The position numbers and the translations under genes were made by a program. Below are positions 27,740-32,000 of a stretch of 32,000 bases of DNA, one piece after another (the stretch's first letter is position 1; every line of letters begins with the position of its first letter). The DNA lies in contig NZ_JHUX01000003.1 in assembly GCF_000619845.1 (NCBI RefSeq), positions 640,064 through 672,063 of the forward strand, given 5' to 3'. The notes under the pieces are model-generated. The model searched no databases and was not told the origin of the DNA. It saw only the letters and a program-made list of their open reading frames with translations. This DNA is from Alkanindiges illinoisensis DSM 15370 (GTDB lineage Bacteria; Pseudomonadota; Gammaproteobacteria; Pseudomonadales; Moraxellaceae).

Positions 27740-27755
27740 ATTAATTAATCAGAAA

Positions 27756-29312
27756 TTATGGCTTTTCAACAATCGCCACGACACCCTGACCACCCGCTGC
27801 ACAAATCGAAATCAGTGCACGGCCTGAACCTTTTTCGTTCAGCAATTTAGCTGCAGTGGCAATAATACGTCCGCCAGTTGCTGCAAATGGATGACCCGCC
27901 GCTAAAGATGAACCATTCACGTTTAACTTGCTACGATCAATAGAACCCAACGGCTTGTCCAGACCTAAACGCTCTTTGCAGAAAGTTGGGTCTTCCCATG
28001 CTTTAAGGGTAGACAATACCTGAGACGCAAACGCTTCATGGATTTCGTAGAAGTCAAAGTCTTGCAGGGTTAAGCCAGCGCGCTCCAGCATACGTGGAAC
28101 GGCATAAGCAGGCGCCATCAGCAAGCCTTCTTTTTTGCCCACAAAGTCAACTGCCGCGGTCTCAGAGAAGCTCAGGTAAGCCAGTACTTCATGACCATTG
28201 GCTTTTGCCCATTCTTCAGATGCCAGCAGTACAACAGATGCACCGTCAGTTAATGGGGTTGAGTTACCCGCAGTCATGGTGGCGTTTTCGCCTTTGCCAA
28301 ATACTGGCTTGAGCTTGGCCAGTTTTTCAACCGAGCTGTCTGGACGCAGGTTGTTGTCACGGGTTAAGCCCATAAATGGGGTGATCAGGTCATCAAAGAA
28401 ACCACGCTCGTAGGCAGCCGCCATTTTCTGGTGGCTAGATGCTGCCAGCGCATCCTGATCTTCACGGGCAATATTCCATTCCAGTGCCGTAATCGCCTGA
28501 TGGTCGCCCATGGACAGGCCAGTGCGTGGTTCGCCATTTTTAGGCGCATCCAGCAAGTCTTTTACATTGATTTTGCTCAAGGCTTTGAGGCGGTCTTTAC
28601 CAGTTTTGGCAATATTCAGCTCAAGGAATACTTTACGCAGGCCATCACCAAAAGCAATTGGCGCATCAGATGTGGTATCAACACCGCCCGCAACACCGAC
28701 TTCAATCTGGCCCAGTGCAATTTTGTTGGCAACCAGAAAGGCTGCCTGCAAGCCAGTACCACACGCTTGCTGAATGTCATACGCTGGGGTTTCTGGTGCC
28801 AGCGCAGTGTTTAATACACACTCGCGGGTCATGTTGAAGTCGCGGCTATGCTTGAGTACGGCACCAGCAACCACTTCGCCTAAACGCTGGCCTTGCAGGT
28901 TAAAACGTTCAACCAGACCATTTAATGCTGCGGTGAACATATCAATATTGGAAGCAGTGAAGTATGGGCCATTTGAACGGGCAAATGGAATACGGTTGCC
29001 GCCGATAATGGCAACGCGACGAACAGAAGCAGCTTGTTTGCTCATGGATGAGTCCTGTTTTTGGGTGGAAGTGGTCGCAGTTTTTTTGGTAGCACTGCGC
29101 TTGGTCGCATTGCTATTGCTTGCACTGCTTTTAGTTGCACTGGCACGACGGGTTGTCGTCGCTGAAGATGCTGTACCGCTGGTAGAGGAACGCGGGGCAC
29201 GTGTCGATGCACGTTTGGCAGCAGGCTTGGGCGTACTGGAAGTAGTACTGGCCTTGGCTGCGGTTTCCCCAGTGTTGCTCGATTCGGGTTGGTCTTTTGA
29301 GGATTGACTCAT
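27756..29312 (-). CDS. Acetyl-CoA C-acyltransferase (thiolase); the ORF carries an 89 aa S/T/A/K-rich N-terminal extension
   Basis: Thiolase active-site regions are present: DIQQACGTGLQA (nucleophile Cys), NGSSLAAGHPFAATGGR (His) and ISICAAGGQG (Cys). An alternative internal start, M90 at 29045, has an AGGA SD. Confidence 0.85.
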   Translation of the reverse strand: MSQSSKDQPESSNTGETAAKASTTSSTPKPAAKRASTRAPRSSTSGTASSATTTRRASATKSSASNSNATKRSATKKTATTSTQKQDSSMSKQAASVRRVAIIGGNRIPFARSNGPYFTASNIDMFTAALNGLVERFNLQGQRLGEVVAGAVLKHSRDFNMTRECVLNTALAPETPAYDIQQACGTGLQAAFLVANKIALGQIEVGVAGGVDTTSDAPIAFGDGLRKVFLELNIAKTGKDRLKALSKINVKDLLDAPKNGEPRTGLSMGDHQAITALEWNIAREDQDALAASSHQKMAAAYERGFFDDLITPFMGLTRDNNLRPDSSVEKLAKLKPVFGKGENATMTAGNSTPLTDGASVVLLASEEWAKANGHEVLAYLSFSETAAVDFVGKKEGLLMAPAYAVPRMLERAGLTLQDFDFYEIHEAFASQVLSTLKAWEDPTFCKERLGLDKPLGSIDRSKLNVNGSSLAAGHPFAATGGRIIATAAKLLNEKGSGRALISICAAGGQGVVAIVEKP

Positions 29313-29672
29313 AAGTGCCCCAAAACAAAGAGTTGAGAGGGGCTAACCTTAACATAAAGTTGCTGCAAAGTATTGACTGCAATGCCCACCAGTTTTGCCT
29401 AAAAGTCAAATATCTAGCTGGCAATCTTGGGTAGCATAGACCCAAGTTATCTTGTATAGACAGCTTACATAGACAGCCTGCCTGGACAATGCAGTTGTAT
29501 ATTTAACATGCTGGAACAGCCTGCAGAAACGCAAAGTCAGTGAAAAACCACATGTTATCCATTGCAATTACTGTAGTGATGTCCTACTGTTTATACCATT
29601 TTAGATGGCCGCTCAAGGATGGAGTACGCTGTTTTTATTCAGGTTATGCACTTTTGAGATGAGAGATAAATC

Positions 29673-31064
29673 ATGAGCGATCGTTATCAGGCATTTGCCA
29701 ATTCTGCTTTAGGTAAACTGGTTATCAAGAATCTGGGTCTGCCAGCGCCGATTGAGCTGGATCGTTATGAGCCGGGCAAGCCGCTGGTTAATGGTGCTGT
29801 GTTGTTTGGTGCAGCGCCGGATAGCACCCTGTCTGCAGCAATCAGTGATGCACTGGCCAGCATTCATGCCGATACCTATGCCGGTGACAATGCCCAGCTC
29901 CAGCAAGTAGCTGCCAAATCCGGCCTGAACCTGCGCGCCTTTAACAGTGGTGACAAGGAATCACGCTTCAAGGCATTTATTTTTGATGCATCGGGTATTG
30001 CAAATTCTGAACAGCTGGTTGAACTGTATAATTTCTTTCATCCGGTTGCGCGTCAGTTAATGCCATCTGGCCGTGTGATTATCGTTGGCCGTGCGCCAGA
30101 AGCGGCAGGTAGCGTCAAAGCAGCAACTGCCCAGCGCGCGCTGGAAGGCTTTGTGAAGTCAGTTGGTAAGGAATTCAAAAAAGGTGTTGCGGCCCAGCTG
30201 GTTTATGTTGGCAAGGGTGCCGAGAAAAATCTTGAATCCACATTACGCTTTTTGATTTCTCCAAAATCTGCTTATGTTTCTGGTCAGGTTGTGAATGTTA
30301 ACAAGGCTGCAACTGTGAATGTTGACTGGAGCATGCCGCTAACTGGTAAAACTGTGCTGGTTACTGGCGCAAGTCGCGGGATTGGTGAGGCGATTGCCCG
30401 TACCATGGCACGTGATGGCGCGCATGTGATTTGTCTGGATATTCCAGCGCAGGATGCCGACCTGCAACGTGTTGCTGGTGAAATTGGCGGTAGCGTACTG
30501 GCACTGGACATTACGGCTGAAGATGCTGGCCAGAAAATCAAGGAATTTTCAGCAGGCAAGGGCGGTCTGGACGTGATTGTTCACAACGCAGGCGTAACCC
30601 GTGACAAGACCTTGGCCAACATGAAAGAAAACCTGTGGGACATGGTGCTGAACATTAATTTAAGTGCTGCTGAGCGCATTAATGACTACCTGCTGGAAAA
30701 CGATGGCTTAAATGCCAATGGCCGTATCATTTGCGTGTCTTCCATTAGTGGTATTGCCGGTAACATGGGTCAAACCAACTATGCAGCATCCAAAGCCGGG
30801 GTAATTGGCCTGGTGAAATTTACTGCACCTGTGCTGAAAAACGGTATTACCATTAATGCAGTGGCTCCGGGCTTTATTGAAACGCAAATGACTGCAGCCA
30901 TTCCTTTGGCAATTCGTGAAGCGGGTCGTCGCATGAACTCCATGCAGCAAGGTGGTCAGCCGGTTGATGTGGCTGAAGCGATTGCCTGGTTTGCCAACCC
31001 AGCCTCTACTGGTGTAAATGGCAACGTGGTACGGGTGTGCGGACAAAGTTTGCTGGGTGCTTAA
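29673..31064 (+). CDS. High-molecular-weight 3-oxoacyl reductase (FabG4-like SDR with an extra N-terminal domain)
   Basis: C-terminal SDR motifs: VLVTGASRGIGEAIA, HNAGV and S...YAASKAG. The N-terminal extra domain is about 210 aa. The protein is 463 aa, comparable to M. tuberculosis FabG4. Confidence 0.85.
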   Translation: MSDRYQAFANSALGKLVIKNLGLPAPIELDRYEPGKPLVNGAVLFGAAPDSTLSAAISDALASIHADTYAGDNAQLQQVAAKSGLNLRAFNSGDKESRFKAFIFDASGIANSEQLVELYNFFHPVARQLMPSGRVIIVGRAPEAAGSVKAATAQRALEGFVKSVGKEFKKGVAAQLVYVGKGAEKNLESTLRFLISPKSAYVSGQVVNVNKAATVNVDWSMPLTGKTVLVTGASRGIGEAIARTMARDGAHVICLDIPAQDADLQRVAGEIGGSVLALDITAEDAGQKIKEFSAGKGGLDVIVHNAGVTRDKTLANMKENLWDMVLNINLSAAERINDYLLENDGLNANGRIICVSSISGIAGNMGQTNYAASKAGVIGLVKFTAPVLKNGITINAVAPGFIETQMTAAIPLAIREAGRRMNSMQQGGQPVDVAEAIAWFANPASTGVNGNVVRVCGQSLLGA

Positions 31065-31158
31065 TCCGGCACTTTCAAGCGGGGTGCTTTGGGCGCCCCG
31101 TTTGTCTTTATAGCCAGCTATATTTACTGATGTTAATTGATATTTTGAGGAAACCAGC

Positions 31159-32000
31159 ATGAGCATCCGCCATTTTGATGCATTACCCAAGCCCTATAAG
31201 GCTTATGGTAAAGTGATTTTATCCCTGATCAAAAAACCAAAGGTTAAAACCAAGACCTTACCGCAGGCGGAATATATTGTTGACCGCTTAAATATTGATG
31301 AAAAACACTTAAAAGCTTATAACGATATTTGCACTTTTAAAAATGATGGCACGGTGCCTGCCATGTATCTGGCAGTACTGGCGCAATCATTGCAAATGAG
31401 CATGATGACGGAAGAACCGTTTCCGTTTGCATTGCTGGGCATGGTACATATCCGTAATGTGGTACGCCAAACCCGCAAAATCGAAGCAAATGAGGTATTA
31501 ACCCTGTCGTGCAAATTTGGCGAGCTGCGTCCGCATGACAAAGGCCAGCAGTTTGATTTTATCACTGCTGCTAGCGTCAATGGCGAACAAGTGTATAGCG
31601 GTGTTACCACCTATCTAGTGCGCCAGAAAGTCGAAGCGGCTGCCAAGTCTGACAAGCCCAAGGATAATTGCAAGCCTGGCTATAACAACACACAGGACTG
31701 GAGCATTCCGGAAAATATTGGCCGCCGCTATGCTGCCATTTCGGGTGACGTCAACCTGATCCATATTCATGAGTATACTGCCAAGGCCTTTGGCTTTAAG
31801 CGCGCCATTGCCCATGGCATGTGGACCAAAGCTCGCTCGCTGGCTGCACTGGGCGATTTGCCGGATGCTTATGAAGCCGACGTGCAGTTTAAGTTGCCAG
31901 TATTTATTCCAACCAAGGTAACTTTGCAAAGTGTCAAAGATTCCAATATTCTGTTTGAGCTGTGCGATACCAAAACGGGCAAGCCACATTTAAGTGGTCA
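31159..32000 (+). CDS. MaoC-like (R)-specific enoyl-CoA hydratase/dehydratase (HtdX-like), 3' end outside the window
   Basis: Not in the ORF track because it runs off the window edge. ATG 31159 has a GAGGAAA SD and the frame is open to base 32000. Hot-dog hydratase motif RRYAAISGDVNLIHIHEYTAKAFGFKRAIAHGM. Confidence 0.8.
   Translation, partial: MSIRHFDALPKPYKAYGKVILSLIKKPKVKTKTLPQAEYIVDRLNIDEKHLKAYNDICTFKNDGTVPAMYLAVLAQSLQMSMMTEEPFPFALLGMVHIRNVVRQTRKIEANEVLTLSCKFGELRPHDKGQQFDFITAASVNGEQVYSGVTTYLVRQKVEAAAKSDKPKDNCKPGYNNTQDWSIPENIGRRYAAISGDVNLIHIHEYTAKAFGFKRAIAHGMWTKARSLAALGDLPDAYEADVQFKLPVFIPTKVTLQSVKDSNILFELCDTKTGKPHLSG

Noticed and set aside
28094-29307. Several plus-strand ORFs (72-177 aa) inside the thiolase gene
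   Set aside because: Antisense shadows. The 177 aa ORF simply mirrors the low-complexity N-terminal extension region.

Overview
The gene content looks like a Moraxellaceae/Acinetobacter-type gammaproteobacterial chromosome; this is an inference, since no database search was possible. The window has two parts.

(1) Bases 1 to about 14540 appear horizontally acquired. They hold the right arm of a prophage: late-region orphan genes, then a holin and a signal-anchored GH24 endolysin. A long, visibly AT-rich cargo region follows (judged by eye, not computed). It carries a membrane-anchored moron, a umuDC operon with a long UmuDAb-like UmuD behind a 20-bp palindrome, a lipoprotein/glycine-zipper gene pair, the relic of a second (M15-type) endolysin, an Excalibur-domain protein, small membrane proteins and an Arc-like regulator. 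At the right end is a three-gene module: a class I SAM methyltransferase, a C5 cytosine DNA methyltransferase and a MORC-like GHKL ATPase whose C-terminus looks HEPN-like. The region ends at a 26-nt fragment resembling the 3' end of tRNA-Trp (14512-14537), a probable attR. No integrase lies in the window.

(2) Bases 14860-32000 look like core genome. They contain two divergent paralogous porins, pyrG-kdsA-eno-ftsB-ispD, an LprI-like gene, ispF, a TSUP permease, a DAHP synthase and a vapBC toxin-antitoxin pair. Last is a thiolase / FabG4-like reductase / MaoC dehydratase cluster, which runs off the right edge.

The best candidate for an undescribed system is the Dcm + MORC-like ATPase module (with the adjacent SAM methyltransferase), which has no recognisable restriction nuclease. 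No rRNA gene, intact tRNA gene, CRISPR array or transposase was seen.
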